From the NCBI GenBank assembly GCA_963734155.1, contig CAVTGG010000009.1:15871-79870 (forward strand): a DNA stretch of 64,000 bases, given 5' to 3'. The DNA comes from an uncultured Acidobacteriota bacterium (GTDB lineage: Bacteria > Acidobacteriota > Thermoanaerobaculia > Gp7-AA8). Shown one piece after another: positions 1 through 15,100 of this stretch; position 1 is the stretch's first letter, and every line of letters begins with the position of its first letter. The position numbers were made by a program, and so were the translations under genes. Under the pieces are notes generated by a model that was not told where the DNA came from, searched no databases, and worked only from the letters and a program-made list of their open reading frames with translations.

Positions 1-3000
1 CGGTCGACGCGAGCCATCGCGGCGTCACCTTGTCGCCGATCGGATTCAACCGCGGCGGCTCGCACCTCGGCCGCGGCGGCAACATCTTCGACGACGTCAC
101 CACGTTCGGCAGCGTCTATCGCCCGCAGGAAATCGGCATCGCCTCGGCGGCACGCGGCGCGAGCGGCGGCGTGGTGCGCATCACCGCGAATTCGGTCGTC
201 GTCAACGGCGCGATTCGCGCGAACGGCGAGACGAACACGCTCGACACCTCGCAGGAATCGGGCGGCGCCGGCGGCTCGATCTGGATCACGACCGCAACGA
301 TCGGCGGCAGCGGTACGATCGAAGCCGGCGGCGGCGGCGCGCGCTCGAACGGCGGAGGCGGCGGCGCGATCGCGATCGAGCACACCGCCGCGAGCACGCT
401 CCCGCTTCGCTTCGCGCGCGGCGGCGCCACCAATGGCAACATCGGCGGCGCCGGCACGCAGTATTCGAAGGGCCCGCAATCGACCTACGGCGATCTCGCC
501 GTCGAAGGACTCAGCGGCAACGCCGTCACCCAATTGCCGTCTCTCGGCAGCGGCGTCGCGCAACCGGGATCGGGTGCCGCGACCTTGGTCACCGATCGCG
601 CCAGCGACATCCCTTCGTACTTTGTCGCGAACTGGGTCGAGATCCGCAGCGCGTCCGGAACGCTGAAAGGCGTGTGGCGCATCTCCGGCGTCAGCGCGAA
701 GAGCCTCACCGTCGTTCCGAACGCGAGCGAGCCGATCGCGATCGCAGCCGGCGACTTGTGGCGCGGCGTCTATCGCTTCGACACGATCAAGCTGCGCACC
801 GCGAAGCTGATCAGCTTCGACGCGATTCGCTACACGATGCTCGACAAAGACGCCGCGTCGTCGCTCATCAGCAACGACGGCGCGCCGCTCTTCGCCGCCG
901 ACAAGCTCTCGCAAATCGCGCTCGAAAGCGCAGCCGACAAGGACTACGTCTCCGCGCCTGCCGGCACCGTCTCGGACAGCGACACGCCGATCGTGATGAC
1001 GGCCACGAACGTCCGCAGCGCCGCGCAGTTCACCGCGAACGCGAACGCCGACGGCTCGTTCAAAGTGCTGGTCGCCGGCGTCGCCGGCGACACGTTCACG
1101 GTCAAGGCCACCGACTCGAATGTGCTGCCGCTGTCGTCGCCCGCGGTCCCGGTGAGCGGCGCGATCAGCGAGCGCAGCACGATCACTTCGCTCTCGCTGA
1201 GCAGCAGCACCGTCACCGGCGGCACGACCGTCATCGGCACCGTGCGCCTCGCCGCGCCCGCGCGCGCCGGCGGCACCTCGATCGCGCTCTCGAGCTCCGA
1301 TCCCGCCGTCGTCGTTCCGTCGAGCGTCATCATCACGGAGCTCAGCGTCTCCGCGCAGTTCACCATCACTACCAGCGCGCCGACGTCCGCGGTGATCACC
1401 GCCTCGTCGGGCAACGCCGTCACCGCGACGCTGCAGGTTCTGCCGCCGAGCGCAGGCATTGTGAGCATCTCGCTCACGAGCGCGAGCGTCGAAGGCGGCG
1501 TGGGCGTCGACGGCACGGTGACCCTCGGCGCGCCCGCGCCAGCCGGCGGCGCGACGGTGCTTCTCTCCTCGAACGTGCCGCAGGTGCGCGTGCCTGCGAG
1601 CGTCGTCGTTGCGGCGGGAGCGACGCAGGCGACGTTCGGCATCGCGACGTCACCGGTTGCGGCATCGCTCGGCGCCACCATCACCGCGATCTACGGCGCG
1701 ACGAAGTCCGCATCGCTCACGCTGAGCGCCTGCTCCGTCATGGGCGCCGCGACGAGACCCGCATCGATTTCGCTGAAGACGTCGTGGATCGAAGACACCG
1801 CGCCGGCCGGCGCGAGCGGCAGCGCGGCATTCGACAGCACCCAGGTCGCCTCCGGCTCGCAAGCGCTCCACTTCGCCGCCGGCAGCGGCGCGCGCACGTG
1901 GTCGTTCAGCGGTGCGCCGGCGATGAGCGTCGCGCCGACGGACAACCTCGTGCTCTACGCGCTCGTCAATCCGTGCAATCCGCCGCGGCAGATTCTCGTC
2001 AGCTGGAGCGACGGCACGTCGCAGTTCCGCGCGTCGTGGGGCGAAGGCCGCCTCACGCCCGCGGCCGCACAGGTGCGTCTCGCCGCCATGCCGGCGGGCG
2101 GCGAGTGGGCGCGGCTCGAAGTGCCCGCGCAATCGATCGGCATCACCAGCACGAAGACCGTCAACTCCTTGACGATCTCGATCGACGGCGGCGAAGCATG
2201 GTTCGACGCGCATCGGCAACGCCTCGTGTCTCCTCTCGACCGTGGCGAAGCCGGAGTACCTCGCCAACGAAGTGGTCTGGTTCGACGACGCGCTGCCGGC
2301 GGGCGCGGTCATCGGCGCTCCCTTCAACTGGAGCACCGCACAGGCGGCGAGCGGCACGCAGTCCGACTACGTCTCGACGAACGACACGCACTTCTTCGAC
2401 CGCGCGACGAGCACGCTGCCGCTGTACATGTGGGACGTCATCGTCGTCTACGTCCTCATCGATCCGTGCAATCCGCCGCGCGAGCTGATGCTGCAGTTCA
2501 ACGACGGCACCGACTGGTCGCGCCGCGCGTATTGGGGCGAGAACCTCGTCGACGCCGGCAACGCCGGCACGCCGCAGCGCCGCCGCCTCGGCCCGATGCC
2601 CGAGGGCGGGAAGTGGGTGAGACTCGAAGTGCCGGTGTCGGCGATGGAGATGCAGGGCATGGCGCTCAAGGGCATCTCCTTCGGCGTGGTCGACGGCAAG
2701 GCGTGGTTCGACCGCGTCGGAAAAGCGCCGCGCGTCAACCTCGCGCTCGGGAAGCCGACCTCGATGTCGTCGTGGCTCCGCAGCGACGGCGTTCGCGAAA
2801 CGACCGAGCCGAATCCCTGCACCTACAACTGCTCGAAGTTCCTCGTCGACAACGACACCTACAGTTTCCCGCACACCGGCAACGCGCCGCGCGAGTGGGT
2901 GCAGGTCGACCTCGGCGCGGTGCAGCCGATCGAATCGATCGATCTCTTCAACAGCGGATTGAACTGGTGCTGCTTCGACCGGCTGCAGAACTTCTGGATC

Positions 3001-6000
3001 CTCGTCTCCGACGTTCCGATGCCCACCGACCTCAATGCCGCGATCGCGCAGGCCGGCGTCGGCGCCTACTACTATCAGCCGCAGGCGCTCCGCCCCTCCA
3101 CGTTCGAAATCCGGCGCACCGGCCGCTACATCCGCGTGCAGCTCGACGGCACGAACTACCTCCATCCCGGAGACATGTACGTCTGGGCACCGCTGACGCC
3201 GTCGAAACAAAACCTCTCCGCGGGCGCGCACGTCAGTCAGTCCTCGCTCTACGAAGTTCGCTATCCCGAGCTCGCGTCCAACGCGAACACGAACGGCGTC
3301 TTCAACGCCGAATCCTCGGTCAACCACACGCAGGGCGGAGTCGAAGAATGGTGGTCGGTCGATCTCGGATCCATCCAGGCGATCTCCTCGCTCGATCTGT
3401 GGGGCCGTCTCGACTACGCGCCGCACTTCCCGAAGAACTTCTACGTCTTCGTGTCGAACGAGCCGCTCACCTCGACCAGCGTCACCACGACGCTCGCCGA
3501 TCCGAAAGTCTCGGCCTACTACTACGGCACGCCCGCGCAAACGGGCGTGATCCCGATTCCCATCAACCGCAGCGGACGGTATCTGCGCGTGCAGTACACG
3601 ACCGACTCGCAGTTCGCGATCAACTTCGCCGAGGTCTGGGTGTGGTCGGCAATGCCCGCGCTGGGGACCACCGAGAAGCCGGTCGCCGGGACCACGAACA
3701 CGCCGCCGGTGTTCCCGGTCCATCTCCGTTCGCAGATCGTCGTCGTGAGCAATACGAACGGCGACTTCGTCACCGGACCCGCAGGCGCGGTGACGGATCC
3801 CGACACGCCGATCCGGATCACGGTGACGAACACGCGCACCGGACAGCGCTCGACGGCGATCGCCGCAGCCGATGGATCGTTCAGCGTGCCGGTCACCGGC
3901 AACCCCGGCGACTCCTTCACCGTTCGCGCGACCGACTCGCATCCGTACTCGCTGTCGTCGGAGTCGATTGCGGTGAACGGCGTGCTGACGCAGCAAGTCA
4001 CGCAGCTGAACTCTTCGTCGTGGAACGTCGACAGCTCCTTCCGCGCGCGCACCGTCGCCCGCGACGGGAAGACGCTCGTCGTCACCGGCGCGGGCGGCGG
4101 CACGGGCACCGGCGACAGCGACCGGCTCGTGCAGTTCGACCTCACGAATCCCGCCGCTCCGTCGTTCGTCCGCACCGTTTCGGCGGGCAACACCGCGATC
4201 TATGACGTCGAGCTTGCGAACGGCTGGGCGTACGTGGCGTCGTTCGACTTCTGCACGCTCAACATCGCCTCGACGACGTCGTCGAAGCTCTGCCACGGAA
4301 CCATCGGCGCGATGACCGTCGCGCTGATGAACCAGTACGCCTTCGTGGCCACGAACACCAACTACAACATCCGCGTCTACGACGTCACGATTCCGGCGTC
4401 GCCGCGCTTCGTGCGCGAGCAGGCCATGATGAACGCGGCCGGAATGTTCTTCTGGGATCTGATCTCCCTCGGCAACGGCTATCTCGCCGGCGCGAGCTTC
4501 TGGAACGACAACGGCGTCGACCACGATCTCGTCATCATCGACGCGCGCGACGTGAACAGCTTCGCCAAAGTCGCCGACATCGACATCCCGAATTTCCAGG
4601 CCGTTCGCGGCCGCGTCGAAGGCTCGACGCTCTATCTCTCCTCGACCTCCGGCGAAGTGGCGGCGATCGACGTCAGCAACCCCGCGGCTCCGGTCATTCT
4701 CAGCCGCACGCCCGTCGGCGGCGTAAGCCCCAACTCGCGGCCGGTGGGCAACGATCTGCTCGCCGCCGCCGCAACGGCCGGACTCGCGCAGGTCGACGTC
4801 ACCTCGCCGGCGTCGCCGTTCCTCATCAAGAACATCGTCGTCGGCGGCGTCGCGCAAGACATCGTCGCGTACTCGAACTACGCCTACGTTGCGAACGATG
4901 TCGGCCTCGCGGTCGTGCGCCTGCCGCTCGCGCCGCAGATCGAGGCGTCGCGCATCACCCTTGCGCGCGAGTCGCCGAACGTCGTCGTGCGCGGCACGGC
5001 CACCGCCATCACCGGCGCGACTCCGATCACCGTGACGGTCACGAATCGCACCAGCGGCGCGACGGCGCCGGGCTTCGCCGTTGCGAGCGACGGCAGCTTC
5101 ACCGCATCGATCGCGGCTTCCGCCGGCGACCGCATCGCCATCACCGCATTCGACACGGCCGCGCGCAGCACGAAGCTCTTCGATCTCGGCAGCGTGCCGT
5201 TCGGCACGGCCGTCTTCACCAACATCCTCGGGCCGTCGAGCTCCTATCGCGCGCGCACGGTGCGCACGGACGGCACGTATCTCGTCGTCGCGAAATGGGC
5301 GGGCGAGGGAGAGTCGGGCACCAACAATCAGATCGGCGTCTTCGACATCTCCGCAGACCCGGCGGCGCCTCTGTACAAGTACTTCATCGTGAACGCGACC
5401 GAGGGCTCGTCGTACGGATTCGATGTGAAGGGCGGATGGGCGTTCCTCGGCGGATATGACTTCTGCACGGTCAATCTCGCGGTCGAGACGTTCGCGCGCC
5501 GCTGCGTCGCGCTCCCGTTCAGCGACAACACCGCCGTCGTCTCCGGCAACTACGCGTTCACCGCCGTCAACTGGCACGCGAACGACGGACGCATTCGCGT
5601 CTACGACGTCAGCAATCCGGGCTCGCCGTCGTTCCGCCGCGAGCAGTCGATGCTCGGCGCAAACGGCGGCGAGTTCTATGACCTGCAGCTCCTCGGCACG
5701 CAGTACCTCGTGGCCATCTCGCCGAACGGCCACGACGTCGTGGTCATCGATCGCAGCAACATCGACAGCCTCGTGAAGATCGCGGACATCGACATCCCGG
5801 GATTCGATCCGTTCCGCGGTCATCTCGAAGGCAACCTCCTGATTCTCTCGGCGTGGAGCGGCGACAAGATCGCCATCGTCGATCTGGCGAATCCCGCGTC
5901 GCCGGTCGTACGGAAAGTCCTCGCCACCGGCGTGCTGAATCACGCCGTCACCGGCTACGCGAATCGCGCCATCGTCGCCGGCTCGATGCTCGGCGCGCTC

Positions 6001-6153
6001 TATCTCGACACCACCACGCCGGCGAATCCGCGGCCCCTCGGTCTGCAATTCACCGGCGGCAATGCCTGGGATGTGCTGTACCGCAACGGAGTGCTCTACG
6101 TCGCGACCGAGCAGGGATTGGTCGTCATCCCGAACGCGAACCCGCAACCATGA
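1..6153 (+). CDS. Giant extracellular multidomain protein, 5'-partial (Gly-rich region, Ig-like domains, two discoidin/F-type-lectin-like domains, two LVIVD beta-propeller regions); one frameshift at ~2211
   Basis: ORF 30..4205 is protein-like until WFDA (~2210). Removing one base continues IGNASCLLSTVAKPEY into ORF 2242..6153. Motifs: GGAGGSIWI, NLALGKPT..HT..WVQVDLG, WWSVDLG, YAYVA..GL.VV. Frame is open from position 1. Confidence 0.85.
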
Positions 6154-9100
6154 AGATTCTTCGCCTTTGGCTCGTCCTCGTTTTCTGCTGCGGCGCGGTG
6201 TTCGCGCAGCAGGGAGAGGTCTCGTATTCGGACGACTTCCAGAGCTACGGCTCGCCGCGCAATCCGCCGGGCTGGGTCGACACGTCGATCGGCGGCTCGA
6301 CCGCGAATGGCTTGTACAAAACCTGGCCCGATCCCGTGCAGGCGAACAATCTCGTCTTACGGCACGAAGCAGTCGTCGGGACATCCGGAAGGCAACAACC
6401 CGCGCATCGGCACGTTCTCGACGCTGACGACGAAGACGTTCAACGCGAACGGCCGCTTCGAATATCGCGGACGCTTCATCAAGACCAGCGCCGACACGCG
6501 CATCGGCTTCACGTTCTTTTCGTCCTATCCCGAGAACGACAAGTACTACCTGCTCGGCACGTGGTCGCAGCCCAACAGCGCGAAGCAGACCATGCAGCTC
6601 TTCGCCTTCGGCGCCGGCACGCTCACGAGAACGACCGACAGCAACTTCGCGCCCGACGCCGGCAAGTGGTACCGCTTCGTCATCCAGGTCGACGACGCGA
6701 ACAACGCCACGAACATCCGCGCGCGCTTCTGGCAGGACGGCACGACCGAGCCGACGACCTTCTCCATTGACGCCACCGATGCCGGCGCCGCGCGCCTGAA
6801 GCAGGGACGCATCGGCATCTGGTCCGCGGTGAAAGGCGACGCGTACGTCGACGATCTCTTCGCCAAATCGCCCGTCGATCACAACGCGCCCGCGATCACG
6901 TTCTTCGAAAACGGCGTGCAGCTGCAGGCGACCGGCGTGACCGCGCTCGATCACGATGCGCGCGTCGACGTCCGTGCGACAGACGATCTCTCCGGCGTCG
7001 CCACGATCACCGCAACCGCGGACAACCAGCCGTACACACCGCTCACGCCGATCACCGCCGAAGGCCCGCACACGATCCGCGCGCATGCCGTCGACTACGT
7101 CGGCAACCCCAGCGACGGCGAAGTGAAGATCCTGATCGACAAGACGCCGCCGATCATCGCCCTCACCGCGAACGGAGCGCCGCTGCTGCCGATCGCGAAA
7201 TTCAACAGCGTCCCGTCGATCGGCGTCGCCGTCTCCGACGCGCTCACGGCCACGACGCAAACCGTGACGCTCGACGGCGCGACCTACGTTCCGAACACGC
7301 CGATCGCGACAGAAGGCTGGCACTATCTCCGCGTCGAAGCGCTCGACGCGGTGAAAAATCTCCGCGTCGCTCGAGGCCAAGATCCTCGTCGACCTCGGCG
7401 CGCCGTCGATCGCGTTCTACGAGCAGGGACAGAAGCTCGGCGCCACCGCGGCGTTCAAGTTCAATCCCGCGATCGAAGTGCGGTTCACCGACGCGCAATC
7501 GAAAGTCGAGTACACCGCAACCATCAATGACGCTCCGTGGAGATCGCTCGATCCGATCATCGCGGATGGCCAATACAGGATCGTCGTCAATGCGGTCGAT
7601 GAGGCGGGAAACAAGGCAACGGCGACGCTCGACGTGCTCGTCGACAAGATCGCGCCCGTCATCGTGCTGCGCGAAAACGACGTCGTGCTCAATCCATCGA
7701 CACGGCAGACATTCGCGCATGACGCGCGGATCGCGATCGCCGTCACCGATCTCAATCTGAAATCCGATTGGACCGCGAAGCTCAACGGCGCGGCGTACGT
7801 CTCCGGCGATCTGATCACCGCCGAGCAGAATCACACGCTCGTCGTGCACGCCGTCGACGAAGCGGGCAACGTCACCGACGTCACGCTGGCGTTCCTCATC
7901 GACAAGACGTTCCCGTCGATTTCGTTCTCCGCCGGCGACAAGTTGCTCGATCCGCGCGAGCTGCAGAAATTCACGAGCGACGTCGCGATCACGATCAAGG
8001 CCAGCGACGCGCTTTCGACGCCCGTTCCCACGGCCACGCTCGATGGCGCCCTGTACACGTTCGGCACGCTGATCACGAGCGAAGCTGAGCACACGATCGT
8101 TGCCGTCGCGACCGATGACGCGGGCAATCGCGCCGAGGCCACGCTGAAGGTGCTCGTCGACAAGACGAAGCCGGCCATTGCCTTCTCGGTCGGCGGCAGG
8201 CCGATCGAGGCTCCGTTCAAAGAAAACGTCGCCGTCGACATCGCGGTCACCGACAACCTGCCGGGCGTCACGTACACCTCCGATTACACCTCCGGCGAGC
8301 TGATTTCCGCGGAAGGGCCGCGCACGATCAACGTGCACGCCGTCGACCACGCCGGCAATACCGTCGATGCGTCGGTGAGGATCCTCATCGACAAGAGCGG
8401 CCCCGCGATCGCGTTCTTCGATGGCGCGACGAAGCTCGAGACGACGAAGCGCCACGACTTCAATCGCCTCCCATCGATCGACGTCCGCATCAGCGACGCG
8501 TTCTCGACGTTCACGTCGTCGATCACACTCGACGGCAATCTGTATGTGCCGAACACGCCGATCGTCGAGGGTTACCACACGATCGCCGTGCACGCCGTCG
8601 ATGCGCTCGGCAACGCGACCGACGCGAAGCTCGATCTCCTCGTCGACGTCACCGCGCCGGTCGTGGTGCTGAAAGAAGGGACGAACGTTCTCGCGGCCGA
8701 CGCGATCTTCGGGCGCGACATCCTGGTAACTGCCGCGATCACCGACATCAGCAAGACCGAGCCGGCCGCCACGCTCGACGGCCAGCCGTTCTCGCTCACG
8801 CTGCCGATCTCCGCGGAAGGGCAGCACACGCTCGTCGTCACCGTCACCGATGAGCTGAAGTGGTCGACGACCGTCACTGCGCGATTCACGATCGACAAGA
8901 CCGCGCCGAAGATCACGATCCTCGAAGGGACGACGCCGCTGCTGCAGGGCGCGAAATTCTCGCGCGCCGCGATCGTGCTCACCGCCGCTGCGGAAGACCT
9001 CACGTCCGTCACGTTCCACGCGAAGATCGACCAGGCCGACTACACCCTCGGCCAGCCGTACGCGGCTCAGGGCACGCACACGCTCGTCGTCGATGCCGAG

Positions 9101-12100
9101 GACGCGGCGCACAACAAATCGCAGCTCTCGATCCTGTTTCACATGCAGGCCAACGCGCCCGAAGTGAAGCTGCTCGAGAGCGGACAGCCGTTCCCGGTCG
9201 GCAAGACGTTGACGCGCAACATCGTCGCGACGGTGGAAGTGCTCTCCGCGACGGAGACGACGAAGGTCGCGACGATCGATGGGCAGCCCTACACGCTCGG
9301 CACGCCGTACACCGCCGAGGGCTGCCACACGATCAAAGTCGTCGTCACTGACCAGGTCGATCACACGACCGAAGTCGAAGCGAACTTCGGCATCGATCGC
9401 ACGCCGCCGTTGCTCAAGCTCTTCGCCGCGCCGGGGACCGAGTTTGCGGCCGGGATGCAGTTCGACGCCGACCTCACGCCGTCGACCGAGGCCAGCGACA
9501 ACCTCTGCAAACCGCCGAGAGTCGTGGTGCTGCTCGACAACCAGCAGTTCCCGCCGGGCAGCGCGATCAGCGAAGAGAAAGAGCACACCATCTCCGCGAC
9601 GGCGACCGACGACGCGGAGCTGTCTACGACCGTCGGTCCGTTCACGTTCATGCTCGACAAGACCGGCCCGACGGTCGAGCTGATCGTCGACGGCAAGCCG
9701 CTGAAAGAGGGCGATCTCTTCAGGAAAGACATCGCCATCGAGATCCGCGTCGTCGATCTCACGCCGACGACGATCAGCGCGAAGCTCAACGACGCTGACT
9801 ACACCTCGAACACGAACATCACCGCCGACGGCAAGTACACGATCGTCGTGCGCGTGAAGGACGCGCTGCAGCACGAGACCGTCGTCGGGCCGGTGCACTT
9901 CACGATCGACAAGACCGCGCCGGACGTGAAGGTGCTGGAGTCCGGTCAGCCGTTCACCGGCGGCAAGTTCAAGCGCAACCTCACGCCGGTCGTGGTGATC
10001 ACTGACCTCAGCCAGACGATCACGAACGCGACGCTCGACGGCAATCCGTGGACTACGGGTACGGCGATTTCCTCCGAGGGACATCACACGCTCGAGATCA
10101 CCGTCACGGACGAGCTGCAGTGGACGACCGTCGTCCCGCCGATCGAATTCACGATCTCGAAAGCCGCGCCGACCGTCGTCATCAAAGACGGCGATCTTCC
10201 GCTTGTCACCGACTCGATCTTCAATCGCAACGTCGTCGCGACCATCGTCGTCACCTCGCTCGTCGACTACACCGTCGACGCGAAGCTTGATGGCCAGCCG
10301 TTCACCTCGGGAACAGCTGTCAGCAGCGAAGCGACGCACACGCTCGTCGTCAAAGTCACGGACGAATTGGGGTTCGTGCGCGACGTCCCGCCGATCATCT
10401 TCACGGTCGACAAAACGCCGCCGGTCGTGACGATCACGGAGAACGGCGTCGCCTTCGCCGACAACGCGCTGCTCGATCACAACGCGGTGCCGCACGTCGC
10501 TGTCGCCGATCTCACGCGCGTCACGATCGACGCGAAGCTGGACGCGCTGCCGTACACGCTTGGCATGCCGGTGACCGCCGAAGGCGCGCACACGTTCGAG
10601 GTCGCCGTCACCGACGCCGCGGGCTGGAAAACTGCGCCGCCGGCGATTCACTTCGTCATCGACAAGAGCGCGCCGGCTGTCAGCGTGATCGTGAACAACA
10701 GGCAGCTCGCGAGCGGCGACGAGTTCGGCGAAACAATCGCGCCGCAGATCGATGTCGTCGACATCAGCACGACCACGACCGAGGCCACGCTCGACGGACA
10801 AACGTGGACGTCCGGCACGCCGATCGCGGCGGAAGGCGAGCACGTGCTCGCCGTCAGCGTCACCGATCGCGCGGGCTGGAAGACGACGCTGCCGCCGATC
10901 GCGTTCATCATCGACAAGAGTGCGCCGTCGGTGCGCGTGCTCGAGAAGGGCGTGCCGTTCGTCAGCGGCACGAAGTTCAACCGCGACGTCGAGCCGGAAA
11001 TCGTCATCGACGATCTCACCGCCACGACGATCGCCGCGACGCTCGACGGCAGCACCTGGACGCCCGACTCGATCATCACCGCCGAAGCGGCGCAGCACAC
11101 GCTCGCCATCACCGTCACGGATCACCTCGGCCACGCGACGATCGTCCCCCCGATCACGTTCACGCTCGACAAGACCGCGCCCGTCGTCGCGGTGACGGAG
11201 AACGGCCAGCCGCTCGTCAGCGGCGCCGCGTTCAATCGCAATGTCCGCCCCGCGATCGCGATCACCGACATCACCTCGACGACCACCGCCGCGCAACTGA
11301 ACTCGCAGCCGTACACCTTCGGCACCGAGATCACCGACGAGGCAAAGTACACGCTCACCGCCACCGTCACCGACGCCGTGAACTGGTCGACGACGGTTCC
11401 CGCGATCGTCTTTTTCATCGACAAGACCGCGCCGGTCGTCACGCTGATGGAAGGGGAGAAGGAGCTCACCAGCGGCACGTGGTTCAACCGCGACGTCATT
11501 CCGCGCGCGGTCATCAAGGACACCACGGACACGACCGTCGCCGCGACGCTGAACGATCAGCCTTACGACCTCGGCACGGCGATCACCGCCGAAGGCGCGT
11601 ACACGCTGAAAGTGAGAGTCACGGACAAAGTCGGACTCGTCACCGAAGTCCCGCCGGTGACGTTCACGATCGACAAGACCGCGCCCGCGATCGCGTTCAC
11701 GAATCCGATCAACCAGGCGAAGCTGACGACGCCCGACGTCATCATCACCGGAGACGCGGACGATGCCGTCACGGTCGACGTGAATGGCACCGACACGACG
11801 ATCGCGGAGAAGAAGTTCGTCACGCCCGCGCCGGTCACGCTGCTGGAAGGGGAGAACGTCCTCACCGCAACGGGCGTCGATCGCGCCGGCAACGTCGGCA
11901 CCTCCGGGATCACGGTGCTGCTCGACACGCGCGCGCCGGACGTCATCATCACCGCGCCGAAGGCGAATGCGTGCATCGACGCCGCGGAAGTCGCGGTCGC
12001 CGGCGATGTGAACGACACCGCGCTCGAGCGCGTGCGCGTCTCGATCGGAACGACGTCCGTCGACGCGACAATCAGCGCCGACCGCCACTCGTTCGCCGCG

Positions 12101-15100
12101 TCGATTCCTTCGCAGGAAGGCAAGCAGACCATTCGCGTCGAGGCGATCGACACCGGTGGACATGTCTCCGCCGCGGCGGTGACGGTGACAGTCGATCGCT
12201 CGAAGCCGGTTGTCGAGATCCTGGAAAGCGGCGCGCGCTTCACCGCGGCGGCGCTCAATCGCGCGATCGCACTGATCGTGCGCACGAACGAGCCGGGCGC
12301 GATCCTCACGTCGACCCTCGACGGCCAGCCCTACACCAGCGGCACCGCGATCTCCGCGGAAGGCGCGCACGAGATCAAGGCCAGCGCGAAGGACTGCGCC
12401 AACCACATCTCGGACGAGGTCGTGCAGCGATTCGTCATCGACCGCACGCTCCCGCAACTCGGCAGCATCACCCCCGCGAACGGCGCGACCGTGCGTGCGC
12501 AGAGCGCGATCACCGGCACGCTCAGCGAGCCGGCCGCGGTCGTCATCGACGGCACGAATACGGCGGCGACGGTGAGCGGCGTGAACTTCACGCTGAACGT
12601 CCCGCTGCGCGAAGGCGCGAACGCGTTTGCGCTGCGTTTCACCGACATCGCAGGCAACGTCGCGCTCGTCCCGTACAACGTGCGCCTCGACTCGACCGCG
12701 CCGTCGATCGAGATCGTCATCGACGACGCGCCGATTCCGGCGAACACCGTCTACACCCGCGCCGTCGCGCCGGTCGTCCGCTCGAACGACGCGAAGGCGA
12801 CGATCACGGCGACGCTGAACGGACAGCCGTTCACCTCGGGCACGTCGATCGCGAACGACGGCAGCTACACGCTGACGGCGAAAGCGCAGGACGCGAGCGG
12901 CAACGAGTCCGCGACGGCGACGGCCGCGTTCCGCATCGATCGCAGCGGACCGGTGGTGAAGATCACCTCGCCGTCGAACGGCGCCGTCATCAACGCCGAC
13001 AGCGTCGAAGTGCGCGGCACCGCGACCGGTGGCGATGTTCGCAGCGTCACCGTCAACGGCGTCGCCGCCACGCTGGCGAGCGACGGCGCGTTCACCGCGC
13101 GCGTCCCGCTCGACCTCGGACCGAACCTGCTCACCGCGGTCGCGCTCGACGCCTCCGGCAACACGTCCGTCGATTCGATCGACGTCATTCGCGACAACGG
13201 CACGACGGGACTCGTCCTCACCGCGCCGCCCGATCACATGGTCACGAACCGCCCGACCACGGTCGTCGCCGGCCAAGTGCTCACGCCCTCCGCACCGCGC
13301 AGCGTCACCATCAACGGCGCGACGGTCGCCGTCGACGCCGCGGGCGTCTTCCGCAAAACCGACTTCGCGCTCGCCGAAGGCACGAACACGATCACCGCCA
13401 CCGCCGGTGCGTCGACTGTCTCCGTCGTCGTCACCGCTGACTTCACGCCGCCGTCATTCAAAGTGACGGCGAACGGCATCGAGCTCGCCGACGGCGCGCG
13501 TTTCGCGGCATCGCCTGCGATCGCATTCCAGAGCGAGAGCGGCGTCACCGCGAAGCTCACCGTTGACGGCGAAGAGAAAACGCCCGGCGTGATCGCGCTT
13601 GCCGACGGCGGCCACGCGCTCACCGCGATCGCTCGCGACCCCGCCGGCAACGAGACCCGCGTCGACCGCGTTTTCTTCGTCGGCAACGCCGGCTCGCTCT
13701 CCGGCTGCGCGCTCTCGAATTTCGATCCGATGGACGGCGCGGCCGTCTTCACCGAGACGGTGCGCATCAACGGCCGCTCCGGCGGCGCGGCGAGCGTGTT
13801 GATCAACGGCGTTGCCGCGGCAGTCTCCGACGGCTCGTTCTGCGGCGACGCGACGCTCGCGCCGGGCCGCAACGAAGTGAAGATCCAGTGCTCGGCGAGC
13901 GATGCGCCGGTAACGCTCGTGCTCTATCGCTACGTCGATCCGCCGATCGCGATCTCGTCGCCCGCCGCCGGCGCGACCGTCACGTCGAACAGCATCACCG
14001 TCTCCGGCACCGTCGGCGCGGGCGTCGTCTCCGGCGACGTCAACGGCACGCCGTTCACCGTTCCCGACGACGGCGCGGAGACGCACGCGTTCAGCGTGCC
14101 GAACGTCCCGCTCGCGCCGGGCCTCAACGTCCTCACTGCCCGCGCCACCACAAAGTCGGCGCGCGTCGCCGTCGCGACTACGCGCGTGAAGGCGATGACC
14201 GGCACGCCGCAGCTGGCGATCACGTCGCCGCTCACCGGCAGCGAGACCGGCGCGACGACGATCGACATCAGCGGCACCTGGGCGAACCTCGATCCGTCCA
14301 CGGTCGCGATCGCGGGACAGAACGTCTCGACGACGCGCTTGTCCGATACATCAGGCACGTTCCGCGCGACCGTCACGCTGCCACAAGCCGCGGTGACGAC
14401 GTTCACCGTCACCGGCCACAACGCCACGACGAGCGTTGCCGTGCAGCAATCGCCGGGCAATCCGTCGATCACCATTGATACGCCCGCCGACAATACGTAC
14501 ACGAACAGTGCGACGGTGCACGTCACCGGCACGTTCACCGGCGGCACGTCGGTTTCTGTAAACGGTGTGAACGCGACGATCAACGGCACCACGTTCACCG
14601 CCGACATCGACGTTCCGAACGCGGCGCCCGTCATCGCCCGCGTGACCGCGAACGACGGCAAGAGCGCGACCGACTCGATTCGCGTCACGCGATTCGCCGA
14701 GGCATTCGCGGTCAAGGAAACGTTCCCGTCGAATGACGCCACGGCCGTAGAACGCGGCGCCACCATCGTCATCCTCTTCAATCATCCGCTCGACGGCGCG
14801 ACCGCGGCGAACGCGATTCGCGTCACCGATGCGAACAACGCGAATGTCGACGGCGAAGTCTTCGTCGATCGCGACGCCATCGCCTTCGCGCCGCTCCAGC
14901 CGCTCCGCAGCGGCACGCGCTACACCGTCACGATCGCGACGTCGCTCAAAGATCTCGCCGCGTCGCAACTCGCCAGCCGCACATTCGTTCTCGTTCATCA
15001 CCGGTGGCAGCGCTCCGGCGGCCGCACCGATCGTCGACGAGACCAACACCACCGGCTGCTTCAGCGCGGCCACGCTCACCGGCCGCGTCTCGACGCCCGG

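Noticed and set aside
6860-13450. Periodic ATCGACAAGAC-like motifs as a CRISPR array or DGR repeat
   Set aside because: They are coding Ig-repeat ends about 255 bp apart and degenerate; no cas or reverse transcriptase genes are present.
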